Virus record (IMG/VR): IMGVR_UViG_3300036770_004143
Span: 62,001-126,000 of that record
Length of the DNA stretch: 64,000 nt
Strand: one strand, 5' to 3'
Below the pieces are notes generated by a model. The model searched no databases. It saw only the letters and a list, made by a program, of their open reading frames with translations, and had not been told where the DNA came from. Positions 41,126-51,012 of the stretch are shown here, piece after piece. The first letter of the stretch is position 1; every line of letters starts with the position of its first letter. The position numbers and the translations under genes were made by a program.

Positions 41126-41590
41126 TTAGTCATATATTCTACCTTTTATAAAACCTGGTTTTATCATTTCTCTTAATTGTCGTTTTGTATATTTTGTTAA
41201 ATCTGTTCCATGAATATATAAATCACCTCCAACTTCCAATCCTTTTGGTAGTGAGAATATACTTGAATATGCTACACTCAAACCACCCCCAACTATCAAA
41301 TCTTTTGGCAATGATTCAATTGCTGATTTATATAACATCAAATCACCACCAACTTCTAATCCTTCTGGTAGTGAGATTATTTTTGAACCTCTTAAAGATA
41401 AATCACCTCCAACTTTCAATCCTTCTGGTAATGAGGCTATATCTAAATATGAAAAGTCTAAATCACCTTTAACATTTAAATCATCTTCTATTAATGATAT
41501 ATTATTTATTAATTTCCATTTAAGTGGTAATCTATGTTCTCCCTTCTCTTCAAGGAACTCAAATATTCTTTTTAATTTCTCTTTTTCCAT
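41126..41590 (-). CDS. LRR-like solenoid family member B3
   Basis: MEKEKLKRIFEFLEE cap, LPEGLKVGGDL repeats, LREMIKPGFIKG cap. Confidence 0.85.
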   Translation of the reverse strand: MEKEKLKRIFEFLEEKGEHRLPLKWKLINNISLIEDDLNVKGDLDFSYLDIASLPEGLKVGGDLSLRGSKIISLPEGLEVGGDLMLYKSAIESLPKDLIVGGGLSVAYSSIFSLPKGLEVGGDLYIHGTDLTKYTKRQLREMIKPGFIKGRIYD

Positions 41591-41593
41591 TAT

Positions 41594-42184
41594 CTAATCT
41601 CTAACTATTGGGCCATCTATAAATCCAGGTTCAACCATTTTTCTTAATTGTCTATTTGAATATTTTTCTAATGGTGATCCAGAAATCTCCAAACCACCTT
41701 TAACTATCAAACCTTTTGGTAATGTTTCTATTTTTGTAAAGGATAAAACTAACTCCCCCACAATTTTAACACCTTGGGGTAATGATTTTATTGGACTATT
41801 AAATAAATTTAAATCGCCCTTAACAACCAATCCCTCTCCAATGGAAACTATTCTTTTTGCGTATAATTGTATGCTTTTGCCAACTTTTAATCCTTTTGGT
41901 AATGAGGTTATGGCTTCACAACCAATTATATTTAAGTCACCCCCAACTTGTAAATCATCTGGTAATGAGGCTATTTTTGAAAAGGTTAACATCAAATCAC
42001 CCTCAACTTTCAACCCATCTGGCAAGGAGGTTATTGTTGAATTTTCTAAATGTAAGTCACCTTTAAAATTTAACTCTTCGTTTGTTATTGGCATATTATT
42101 TTGATGTTTCCATAAAAATGGCGCATTATGCCCTTCCTTCTCTTCAAGAAAATCAAATATTTTTTTTAATTGATCTATATTCAC
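41594..42184 (-). CDS. LRR-like solenoid family member B2
   Basis: Same architecture; shares 57/59 bp with A1. Confidence 0.85.
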   Translation of the reverse strand: MNIDQLKKIFDFLEEKEGHNAPFLWKHQNNMPITNEELNFKGDLHLENSTITSLPDGLKVEGDLMLTFSKIASLPDDLQVGGDLNIIGCEAITSLPKGLKVGKSIQLYAKRIVSIGEGLVVKGDLNLFNSPIKSLPQGVKIVGELVLSFTKIETLPKGLIVKGGLEISGSPLEKYSNRQLRKMVEPGFIDGPIVRD

Positions 42185-42846
42185 GACCTATATATTTTAC
42201 CTTTTATAAATCCAGGTTTTATCATTTCTCTTAATTCATTATCTGAATATTTTTTTAATGGTGTTTTTGCTATATATATATGGTTGCCAACTTCCAATCC
42301 TTTTGGCAATGAAGTTATTTTTGTTTTAGTTAAAAACAAATCTGAACCAACTTTCAATTCTTCTGGTAATGAAATTAAATTTTTACAATTGTATAAACCC
42401 AAACCCCCTCCAACTTTAAATCCTTCTGGTAATGAAGTTATGTTTGTGTTGTGTAAATGCAAATTGCCAACAACTTTCAAATCTTCTGGTAATGAGGTTA
42501 TAGATGTTGACCCTAGGTTCAAATCACGACCAACTTTCAATCCTTTTGGTAATGAGGTTATTTTTGATTCATCTAAATATAAATCACCAATAACTTCCAA
42601 TCTTTCTGGTAATGAGGTTATGTTTGCGTATTTTAAACTTAAGTAACCATTAACTTTTAATCCTTCTGGTAATGAGGGTATATTTTTTTTAAAATCAAAA
42701 TCTAAGCTACCTTTAACATTTAAATCTTCTTTTGTTAATGGCTCATTAAGTGCAATTTTCCAAAGTAAATCTTCTTTTATGCTAGAAAATTTATTTTCTT
42801 TTCTTTCAAGGAAATCAAGTATTTTCTTTAATTTTTTTAGTTCCAT
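42181..42846 (-). CDS. LRR-like solenoid family member B1 (7 repeats)
   Basis: Same architecture; starts 1 nt after the prohead protease stop. Confidence 0.85.
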   Translation of the reverse strand: MELKKLKKILDFLERKENKFSSIKEDLLWKIALNEPLTKEDLNVKGSLDFDFKKNIPSLPEGLKVNGYLSLKYANITSLPERLEVIGDLYLDESKITSLPKGLKVGRDLNLGSTSITSLPEDLKVVGNLHLHNTNITSLPEGFKVGGGLGLYNCKNLISLPEELKVGSDLFLTKTKITSLPKGLEVGNHIYIAKTPLKKYSDNELREMIKPGFIKGKIYRS

Positions 42847-42847
42847 T

Positions 42848-43549
42848 TTATTTTAAATAACTATCAAGTTTGGACATTAATTTTAATACATTATTAACTG
42901 GTTCAATTTTCTTTTCCTCTTCCAATTTTTCATCATACTTATGTCTATCTTCCTTATTTGAGAATAGATATGCCCCTGGCGTTGATGGTGATGAAACCAA
43001 ATCAAAGCAAATAAGTTCAAAGTCATCTTGAACCTCATTTTTCTCCCCAACTTTTTTTAGTGATCCAACCCCCCTAGAACTGATACCAAGGCTCACTCCT
43101 TGCCTCATTAGGTTTGCTGCAATATCTCCTTTGGTTGAAACTATGCCTCTCTCATGGAAGGCAGGAGAGGTCAATAACAATAACTTCCCCATTAGGATAT
43201 TGCTATCCCACCAAACATCTGTAATTAAATGGGAAACTCTATCCAAATCAATAAGGGATGATTCTGGGTGGTTTAATTCTGATGTTGATAAACCTTTTTC
43301 AATAATCTTTTTATATCTTTCTGCTTCTCTCTTTAATATCTTTTCAGGATATGTTCTGCCGTTCCTATTTGGAACGTCATGCTTTTGCAAGACAGCAAAA
43401 AACTCAAAAGGTTTGCTATAATCTAATTTTTTATTTTCTCTTATTAAATCAATGTTCAACTCATCTTTTGGATTAACCCACCCAGCATCCATTTCAATTA
43501 GAATGCCATGCCCTATTTCATTTGCTTCAAGAAGTCTTAATTCTTTCAT
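42848..43549 (-). CDS. Prohead maturation protease (T4 gp21-like)
   Basis: NRNGRTYP, SELNHP, LGISSRGVGS, FDLVSSPSTPGA. Confidence 0.92.
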   Translation of the reverse strand: MKELRLLEANEIGHGILIEMDAGWVNPKDELNIDLIRENKKLDYSKPFEFFAVLQKHDVPNRNGRTYPEKILKREAERYKKIIEKGLSTSELNHPESSLIDLDRVSHLITDVWWDSNILMGKLLLLTSPAFHERGIVSTKGDIAANLMRQGVSLGISSRGVGSLKKVGEKNEVQDDFELICFDLVSSPSTPGAYLFSNKEDRHKYDEKLEEEKKIEPVNNVLKLMSKLDSYLK

Positions 43550-43586
43550 AATATATTTTAATATATAAATATTAAAATATTTTGTT

Positions 43587-44027
43587 TTAAACAGATAAAT
43601 CCTTTTTTGTTATAAAAAAGTCAAAATATTTGTTCTTTGAAATGTTTTTGTTGTAAATTTCTTTTATGATTTTTCTAACAGCATCCTTCATTTCTTGGGA
43701 TTTGAATAATACACCATCCTTAACAAATAATGTTATTTCTAAATTCATAAATGATTTTTTATCAAGGGATATTCCACTATGCCTAATATCCAAATCAACT
43801 ATTGTTGATTTATGGAATAGATTTAAATCATTGGCATCCAAGATTGTGTGTTTAATATCCCTTGACTGGGTGCAAACAATTTTTCTCCAATTGTTATAAT
43901 CATCCTTGGGTGAAACCCAAGATTGTATATTGATGTATATTGATTTTAATTCAATGTAATCAATTGTCCCATAAAAAATCTTTAAATCATTAAATAATCT
44001 AAGCCTTATTTTTTTTCCATTCTTCAT
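43587..44027 (-). CDS. Hypothetical protein in head module
   Basis: 146-aa ORF between portal and protease genes. Confidence 0.6.
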   Translation of the reverse strand: MKNGKKIRLRLFNDLKIFYGTIDYIELKSIYINIQSWVSPKDDYNNWRKIVCTQSRDIKHTILDANDLNLFHKSTIVDLDIRHSGISLDKKSFMNLEITLFVKDGVLFKSQEMKDAVRKIIKEIYNKNISKNKYFDFFITKKDLSV

Positions 44028-44083
44028 TGTTTGTTAATTGTTTATATAAAAATAAACAAAAACAATCTATTTACCAAATGGGA

Positions 44084-44788
44084 TTAACTATTCAAGGATT
44101 TATTTAGTGATTTTATCTCATAATAATTCAATATATCAAACTTATCAGTTTTAACCTTCTCAATTGCCTTTAATAATTTTGTCTTAACCTCACCATTTGT
44201 TTCATTCAATAACAATTCAGTTAATTTTTTTTCAGTTTCTTCCTTTAACAAAACAAAATCAGCATTTAACTTATTTTTATCTTCCTTCAATAAGGATAAG
44301 ATTTCTTTTTTGGTTTCCTCATTCAAAGAATTAATATATTCATTTATTTTGTTATTAACAACCTTAACCATTGAACTAATTGGAATATTTACCTTATTCT
44401 CATTAATTGCAATAGGCTGCATTAACACCTTTAAAACACTTTCTTTTAGAACAACCAATTCATCAAGATTGTTTGTTGTTTCATATATTAATTTATCAAT
44501 ATTCTCATATTGATTTTCATCAATCTTATTTAAGATAACAGGAATTTTAGATTTCTTTATAAGTTTTCTACCCCAATCAATACCCTCATCCAAGTATATT
44601 TTTGCAGCAGATTCACTTAATCCCCTTGGCTTGGTTAAATCCCCATATAATACATATAGTTTTGATAAACTCTTATCACTTAATATGTGCTTTTTAAAAT
44701 TTTTAATATTTTCCTTAAAAATCTTTTTATCTTTCACTGATTCTGAAAGATTATTCTCAATAATTGTTTTTACTTTACCAAATTTCAT
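44084..44788 (-). CDS. Hypothetical helical protein in head module
   Basis: 234-aa ORF after portal; TATTTATA motif upstream. Confidence 0.65.
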   Translation of the reverse strand: MKFGKVKTIIENNLSESVKDKKIFKENIKNFKKHILSDKSLSKLYVLYGDLTKPRGLSESAAKIYLDEGIDWGRKLIKKSKIPVILNKIDENQYENIDKLIYETTNNLDELVVLKESVLKVLMQPIAINENKVNIPISSMVKVVNNKINEYINSLNEETKKEILSLLKEDKNKLNADFVLLKEETEKKLTELLLNETNGEVKTKLLKAIEKVKTDKFDILNYYEIKSLNKSLNS

Positions 44789-44813
44789 ACTTCTTCTTTT
44801 TTTATAAATATTG

Positions 44814-46664
44814 CTAACCTAATAACTTTTTTAGTTCATTTTCCAAATCACCCAAAGATTTTTGACCTTTTTTGAATGGTGAATAATTTAATCCATTTAT
44901 TTTGTTGTTTTCTGACAAAATATTTAGATTATCAAATCTTGATTCTGGTGCCAAGCCTGGTTCTCCTGGTGGTGGCATTTCACCCCCTCCTGGTGGCGGT
45001 GGTGGTGGAGGCGCACTCATATCCATTCCTCCCATATCCATTCCTCCCATATCCATTCCTCCCATATCATCTGGTGGTGGAGGCATTGCACCTGCTGTTG
45101 CTGTTCCACCTGAAACTGAACCATATAACTTATCAATATTATCAAACAAGCCAGTTTTCTTGATGATAAGAGGTGTTTGTTTTAATTCTTCACCAACTGC
45201 CTTTTCAATCCTTTGTTGTTGTAAATCCAATCTAATTTCCTCATCTGAAAATCCAAAAATATGTTTCTTTGCCCAAGTTGCAGAAACTGGTGCAATCCCT
45301 GTCCCGGGATCTGAAACAGCATCACGATATAATCCAATTTTCTCTTTCCATATATCAATTTTCAATAAATCAGATTGTGTTGAAGGATTTGTCAAGCCTA
45401 ATGTGAAATTGGATATCTCATCTTCAAAACCCAATAAAAATAAATGTATAATAGCAATCTTATTTAATTCAGATATCATACATTTCTGAATTCTATTTAT
45501 TGTCCTTGCAAATCTAATGTCCTGTAATGATAATGTTTTACCATCACCAACCACATCTTCAAAACCCAAGAATGTTTTTGGTATTCTTAATGCTGTAACC
45601 AATTTCTTTTGAATATATTCAATATCTGCTATTTCTCCCAAATTGCTCGCACCTGCTAAAGTTTCAATTGGACTTGCTTGACCTGGATCCCTAACTGGAA
45701 CAAAATAATCTTGGTCAACAGCCATTTGATTATACCTCATATCAACATTACCGGTTTTGCTATCAACAATCTGTTCTCTCTTGAATTTATTTGCAACACG
45801 TTGTACGTACGCCTCAACATCATTATCATCCATATTTCCAACAAACACTTTAAACACCCTTCTTTCTGGTGCTCTTGATGTTCTATATATTAACATTGCA
45901 TCTTCTGATAATAAAAGTTGCTTCCAGATACGTCTTGCTTTTTCCAATAAGGATGTTCCATATGGTAATTTTCTATCATCCCCCAATATTCTAAAGTGTG
46001 CAATTTCCCAAGGTTGGAATTCCATCTGTTTATTTTTCCATTTAAATTTAAGGGAATCATTTTCTGATGATAGTTCTCCATAGCCTGATGCCTTTTCTGC
46101 ACTACCTGGTTCTAATCTTTCAATTTCAATATTTGGTAATTGATTGCATCCAACAATACCTTTTTCTGGATCCAACTTTAAAAAGACAAAATTATCACCA
46201 AACTTACATGTGTTCCTAGTCCACATTGGTAATGATGTATTTATATCCAAAACATTATTAAATAAATCTGTTAATACAGATTTTATTCTTTTTGATTCTG
46301 AATATATTTGCAACATATGTCCATCTTCATTTGAAGTTGTTGATTCTTCTGCATATATATCTAATGCTGCCCCAATTTCTGGAGTGTACTCCATACTTTC
46401 GAAATCATAGACTGATGCCAATCTTGTTGGTTCATAATAAACTGCTTGGGTATATAAGTGGTTATCAATTTTTGCCCATTGGTTTGATAGATAAAAAGAT
46501 TGCTGTGCTTGTAGTTTTTCTCTTTCAAATTCAACTTTATTTTGAGTTCTTAATAGTTCTTTCTTATCAAACTTATATGTGGGTATATCTTGATTTAAAA
46601 GGGAATTTGGCCCAAAAGTTGCTGATAACCTTTGCCATACTGTTAGATTTTCATTATTGCTCAT
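44814..46664 (-). CDS. Portal protein (T4 gp20-like)
   Basis: IGAALDIYAEE, IAHFR, YGTSLLEKARRIWKQL.L.EDAMLIYR.SRAPERRVF..VGN, IETLAGASNLGEIADIEY. Confidence 0.93.
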   Translation of the reverse strand: MSNNENLTVWQRLSATFGPNSLLNQDIPTYKFDKKELLRTQNKVEFEREKLQAQQSFYLSNQWAKIDNHLYTQAVYYEPTRLASVYDFESMEYTPEIGAALDIYAEESTTSNEDGHMLQIYSESKRIKSVLTDLFNNVLDINTSLPMWTRNTCKFGDNFVFLKLDPEKGIVGCNQLPNIEIERLEPGSAEKASGYGELSSENDSLKFKWKNKQMEFQPWEIAHFRILGDDRKLPYGTSLLEKARRIWKQLLLSEDAMLIYRTSRAPERRVFKVFVGNMDDNDVEAYVQRVANKFKREQIVDSKTGNVDMRYNQMAVDQDYFVPVRDPGQASPIETLAGASNLGEIADIEYIQKKLVTALRIPKTFLGFEDVVGDGKTLSLQDIRFARTINRIQKCMISELNKIAIIHLFLLGFEDEISNFTLGLTNPSTQSDLLKIDIWKEKIGLYRDAVSDPGTGIAPVSATWAKKHIFGFSDEEIRLDLQQQRIEKAVGEELKQTPLIIKKTGLFDNIDKLYGSVSGGTATAGAMPPPPDDMGGMDMGGMDMGGMDMSAPPPPPPPGGGEMPPPGEPGLAPESRFDNLNILSENNKINGLNYSPFKKGQKSLGDLENELKKLLG

Positions 46665-46679
46665 AATATTTTTTATATT

Positions 46680-48431
46680 TTATTTTACACCAAATAGCCA
46701 ACCATATTTTTGATAATCATTGACATTTGGTTTATTTGATACATTATTATCTGTTGAACTTGATATCATAGGATTAAAGAACATAGATTGTTCTGTATAT
46801 ATGTTCTTGAATGAACTCCAAGAGTTAATCATAGCCTTTGTATGGTTTGTCACTTTTTCCAAAACCTGGAATGATTTTTCTGCAACATATGTAGCCATAG
46901 CAATTGCCATAATACAATCATCATGATGTCCCTTTTGATGATCAGGTCTTCCATTTATATATATAAACGTATTCATCTCATTGTATAGTCTATTTGAATA
47001 TATTTTAAACTCATGCCTCAATGCTTCCTCAAAAGACGCAATCATCTGCACCCTTTTATTATTGAAATTTATTCCTGGGATTTTATCTGCCATTTTTGAA
47101 TCATATTTCCATTTATTGTTATTATCAATATTATCATAATACAAACTTGGATAATTCATTTCTTGCAATTTTCTTGATGTTGCAACACCCATCCCACCAG
47201 TTAAATCAACAACAACAAATGCCTTATATAATGAACACCATTTAAAAACAACTTCTGCCAATATATCTGGTGGTATTTTGCCAACATATTCCAAAACTTG
47301 TTCTTGCGTATCAAAATCAATAATCTGGATGGTTGAAAAATCTTCTGAATCCCCCCTAGACACATCCACACCTGCAACATATCTATGACCATTTTCTGGC
47401 TCTTTAAACATCCATAAACTATTCCCCATCAATTTTGATATGGGATTTGTTAGTTGGTTTTTTAAAATATTTGATAATAATTCAGAATCAAACACATTAT
47501 CCCCAGACCCCAAGAAATTACTTTCAATCTCTTGTGACACCTTTCTCTTATCATATTTAAGTTTTTTAACCATACCCTCATACCAAGATGAGCATGGTTT
47601 ATAACCTTCTTCAATATATTCAATAACTTTCTGATGGTCTCTCTCATAAGAATTTTCATGTGATAAATCAATTAAATCATCTTTGCTATACTCCTCCTTA
47701 TTTAATAGATAGTGAATCATATCCTTTGTCTTCACCATATACAAATCTTTTGTGTATCTTGGATCCCTATACCAAACCATTTCTGTAATCTTGAACTCAT
47801 TCATATTACGTAACGCTTGGTCATATATTTCATAATATATTGGGTCATATCCATTGGGTGTTGATATTACTACAACTTTACCACCAGTACTCAAAGATGC
47901 CATAGATGCAGCCCAAAAATCAGGGTCAGCATCAATATAAGCAGCCTCATCAAATATTAATGTGGTTGGGGTATAACCCCTCAATGCATCCTTTGATGTT
48001 GCCACAGCCTTAACCTCACAATCATTGTTTAATTTAAAATGTCTTGCAGAATTCTTTTCAGATGAAAAACCAATTCCAACCCAATTTGGCCATTGCTCAA
48101 TAAAATGTCTAACCTTATTTGCCATTTCCACAGCTGTATCCAACTTATTTGCAATAATCAATATCTTTTCAGGTTTATTCCTATTTGCAAATGCCAACCT
48201 TTTTGATATCCAGGCTGCTGTCACAGTTGATACACCAGCCTGTCTATACTTTAATGCAATATTTTCATTATATAAATCAAAATCCTCAATCAACTTAATT
48301 TGGTCAGGAAATAAATCTAATGGTACATATCTTTTTGCTGTATTGTCATATGTCTGCAAATATGTCTTTAAACAGTATGGTGTGCTCTTTATGCATTTGG
48401 CAGATTCAATCAATACTTGATCTCTTGTCAT
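46680..48431 (-). CDS. Terminase large subunit (T4 gp17-like)
   Basis: LKYRQAGVST Walker A region, LIFDEAAY Walker B, ISTPNG, GVDVSRG..DFS nuclease, HHDDCIMA; start at 48431 (MTRDQ) inferred from motif spacing. Confidence 0.93.
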   Translation of the reverse strand: MTRDQVLIESAKCIKSTPYCLKTYLQTYDNTAKRYVPLDLFPDQIKLIEDFDLYNENIALKYRQAGVSTVTAAWISKRLAFANRNKPEKILIIANKLDTAVEMANKVRHFIEQWPNWVGIGFSSEKNSARHFKLNNDCEVKAVATSKDALRGYTPTTLIFDEAAYIDADPDFWAASMASLSTGGKVVVISTPNGYDPIYYEIYDQALRNMNEFKITEMVWYRDPRYTKDLYMVKTKDMIHYLLNKEEYSKDDLIDLSHENSYERDHQKVIEYIEEGYKPCSSWYEGMVKKLKYDKRKVSQEIESNFLGSGDNVFDSELLSNILKNQLTNPISKLMGNSLWMFKEPENGHRYVAGVDVSRGDSEDFSTIQIIDFDTQEQVLEYVGKIPPDILAEVVFKWCSLYKAFVVVDLTGGMGVATSRKLQEMNYPSLYYDNIDNNNKWKYDSKMADKIPGINFNNKRVQMIASFEEALRHEFKIYSNRLYNEMNTFIYINGRPDHQKGHHDDCIMAIAMATYVAEKSFQVLEKVTNHTKAMINSWSSFKNIYTEQSMFFNPMISSSTDNNVSNKPNVNDYQKYGWLFGVK

Positions 48432-48465
48432 ATTCTTTTTTTTATATAAATACACATAAAACAAA

Positions 48466-48497
48466 AAAACCCCAACCTAATTAAAGATTGGGGTTTT
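48466..48497 (-). terminator. Hairpin terminator upstream of terminase gene
   Basis: aaaaccccaa ... ttggggtttt with A run on the left. Confidence 0.6.
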
Positions 48498-48510
48498 AAA
48501 TATTATTTTA

Positions 48511-49851
48511 TTAGTTTCTTCTAATGTTTAAATCTTTCAATAATTCATCAAGTGATATGTCCTCAAAATCTGAGGGGTCAAAATTTGTTTGCTTACCACC
48601 AGTATAATCATCTGGTGCTTGATTAGATGCAAATTCATCATCATCATAAGCATCTTCATCATCCATATCATCCATATACTGGCTTTGTAGGTAATCAAGA
48701 TATCTCTCTTTACTAACTCTAGCTTGTGAAATTAATTCATCAAATTCTCTTTTAGCATAATCTTGATCAGATGGTGTATCTGATATTACATATTTCATCA
48801 AATTAATAAATTCATCTGCTGGTATTTTATATAACTCAACAAAGAAAAATCTAATCAAACCAATATCTGATTTATCAAATAATTCAGCAGGTAAAATATT
48901 CCTTATTTTTTCCAAAATGGCTGGACCAATTCTTAAACCTTCTGTTTCTGATTTTAATGTATCTGCTTGACCTAATGTCATATTAGCCATATTATCATCA
49001 CTAGAATAACCATGTCTTGCTAATGCTTCTTCAATTCCTTTTGCAATTTCATGACATAATATTGGAAACATAAATGCTGTGGCATTGATTACAGTCTTTG
49101 TTTCACCAGTTTCTGGATCCTCTTCATCATCAACATCAACAGCTGCAGAAACTCCACCACCTTTTGCTGCCATATCCATCATTGATTCATTCAAGAAATA
49201 TAATGCATCAACTAAAGGGATTGTTGTTGAGTATAGTTGGTATAATTTTGGGTCAATTGCATCTAATTGAGATTTAACCTCTGGCTTCTCATATATATAA
49301 TGAGTTTTCCTTGCAACCCCACCAATGATAGCATTAATGATATCCCTTTTGAAAACTTCATTTGATAATTCTTCTTCTTCTTCTGGGGATAATTCTTGTT
49401 TAATTTTATCTTTTTCTTTTCTCATTTTACCAACAACATCATTGCCTGGCATCCCTAAACTAGCATTAATGATGAACTCATCATCACTAACTTCCATTTC
49501 ATTTAATGTTTCACTAATTGCTAATTCAACTAATTCATCACTATACCTAGATTCTAATTGTTGAATTGCAGAAGCATTCTGATATACTCTTGATGTTACA
49601 ATTGAAACTAATTCATTTGCAGTTAATGTTTCTTTACCTGCAATCTTTCTAACTCTATTTAATACATCATTAAATGAACGGCTATATAGTTTTTGAACAT
49701 CTGCTGAACCCCTCTTTAAGGCAGGGTTTTGTCCAAACATAGAATTTGGGTCTGCAAGTTTTTTCTCCAATCTAGGATCCATACGTTCAGGACCAGTGTA
49801 TTCTAACTGTTCTCTTAATTTTTTGTTGATTAGTTTGTCTATGTTCTTCAT
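48511..49851 (-). CDS. Hypothetical phage protein with acidic C-tail
   Basis: 446-aa ORF; LCHEIAKG motif of unknown role. Confidence 0.65.
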   Translation of the reverse strand: MKNIDKLINKKLREQLEYTGPERMDPRLEKKLADPNSMFGQNPALKRGSADVQKLYSRSFNDVLNRVRKIAGKETLTANELVSIVTSRVYQNASAIQQLESRYSDELVELAISETLNEMEVSDDEFIINASLGMPGNDVVGKMRKEKDKIKQELSPEEEEELSNEVFKRDIINAIIGGVARKTHYIYEKPEVKSQLDAIDPKLYQLYSTTIPLVDALYFLNESMMDMAAKGGGVSAAVDVDDEEDPETGETKTVINATAFMFPILCHEIAKGIEEALARHGYSSDDNMANMTLGQADTLKSETEGLRIGPAILEKIRNILPAELFDKSDIGLIRFFFVELYKIPADEFINLMKYVISDTPSDQDYAKREFDELISQARVSKERYLDYLQSQYMDDMDDEDAYDDDEFASNQAPDDYTGGKQTNFDPSDFEDISLDELLKDLNIRRN

Positions 49852-50630
49852 TATCCTTTGAAATTTATTAATTGCATAATGTTATCAATAATAGCATCTT
49901 TTGCTTTATTTGGTCCTATTGCTTTTGGAACAGTTTTTACACCTGGGCGTGGGTTTTGGAATGGGTTATCTCTCCTTGATGGTTTTATTTTTGGATTTGC
50001 TGGTTTTACAACTGGTTTTGTTGTTGTATCAGCCTTTGGCATAGGGTTTATTTTTGGATTTGGGTTTTGGAATGGGTTATCTCTCCTTGATGGTTTTATT
50101 TTTGGATTTGCTGGTTTTACAACTGGTTTTGTGTCAGGGGCTTGTTCTTTTAAATGATTTAACAAACCTCTCTTTGTAACTTGTGGTCTTAATTTTGATT
50201 CAACCATTTTATTCATTTGGTCTTCAATAAAAGAATCAATCATATTTGATTCCTTCATATCTTTTTTTGAATTACCCTTAACATCCATAACACATCTTTC
50301 ATATTTGTTTTTTTGTGCTTTTGTCCACTCACTTCTTTCAGAAGTACCAAATTCTTTCTTTAATTGTGCTGTGCAAATAGCCCAAGGATTGGATTTAGAC
50401 TTTTTAGCCTCACCCATCTCTCTTTTCTCTAATCTAACATTATAACCTTTAGCCGCTAATTGCATAGCCTTTGGTTCATTTTTAGTTGAGATGCTTCCTT
50501 TTGTTGTGGTTGATTGTTCACCTAATAACTTTGAGTATAAATAATTTATATTATTATCACTCATACCTTTTAAAGCGTTTATAGAAAAACCCTCCTCCAA
50601 TAAGGTTAATACTTTTTTATTAATTTTCAT
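49851..50630 (-). CDS. Hypothetical protein with duplicated Pro/Lys motif
   Basis: TKPVVKPANPKIKPSRRDNPFQNP twice (71-bp perfect repeat at 49951-50021 and 50062-50132). Confidence 0.65.
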   Translation of the reverse strand: MKINKKVLTLLEEGFSINALKGMSDNNINYLYSKLLGEQSTTTKGSISTKNEPKAMQLAAKGYNVRLEKREMGEAKKSKSNPWAICTAQLKKEFGTSERSEWTKAQKNKYERCVMDVKGNSKKDMKESNMIDSFIEDQMNKMVESKLRPQVTKRGLLNHLKEQAPDTKPVVKPANPKIKPSRRDNPFQNPNPKINPMPKADTTTKPVVKPANPKIKPSRRDNPFQNPRPGVKTVPKAIGPNKAKDAIIDNIMQLINFKG

Positions 50631-51012
50631 ATACTATGGTTTTTTCAAATTCTAAGATTAAATCTCTTTCATACAGTTTATTTTTTATTTCTTGTTCAGT
50701 TTCACCAAACTTAAATACCAATCTATTTTTTGCATCTTCATTAACTTCCCAGCCTAATGCTATAACACCATCAACAGAATCAATCATAGAGAAATAATCA
50801 GAGTTTTGTATTAAATACAATGATACATCTTCTGTTGTTAATTGTCCAACTTTTGTTATATATTTTAATTCTGGCGGTTTTGGATAACCATTGGCAGGTT
50901 TTGCTTCCCAACTCTCCCCCCAAACTGAATCAGAGGATGAAAAGATAAACTCATATATATAATCACCTTTATAATTGATACCCAAAGAATTTATGAAAAT
51001 TAATCTATTCAT
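50620..51012 (-). CDS. Hypothetical phage protein
   Basis: 130-aa ORF in operon. Confidence 0.65.
   Translation of the reverse strand: MNRLIFINSLGINYKGDYIYEFIFSSSDSVWGESWEAKPANGYPKPPELKYITKVGQLTTEDVSLYLIQNSDYFSMIDSVDGVIALGWEVNEDAKNRLVFKFGETEQEIKNKLYERDLILEFEKTIVYEN

Noticed and set aside
44876-45489. Pro/Gly-rich plus-strand ORFs
   Set aside because: Antisense to the low-complexity C-tail of the portal gene
37254-48431. Inteins or introns in terminase, portal or capsid genes
   Set aside because: Lengths and motif order are continuous, with no splicing motifs or embedded endonuclease seen
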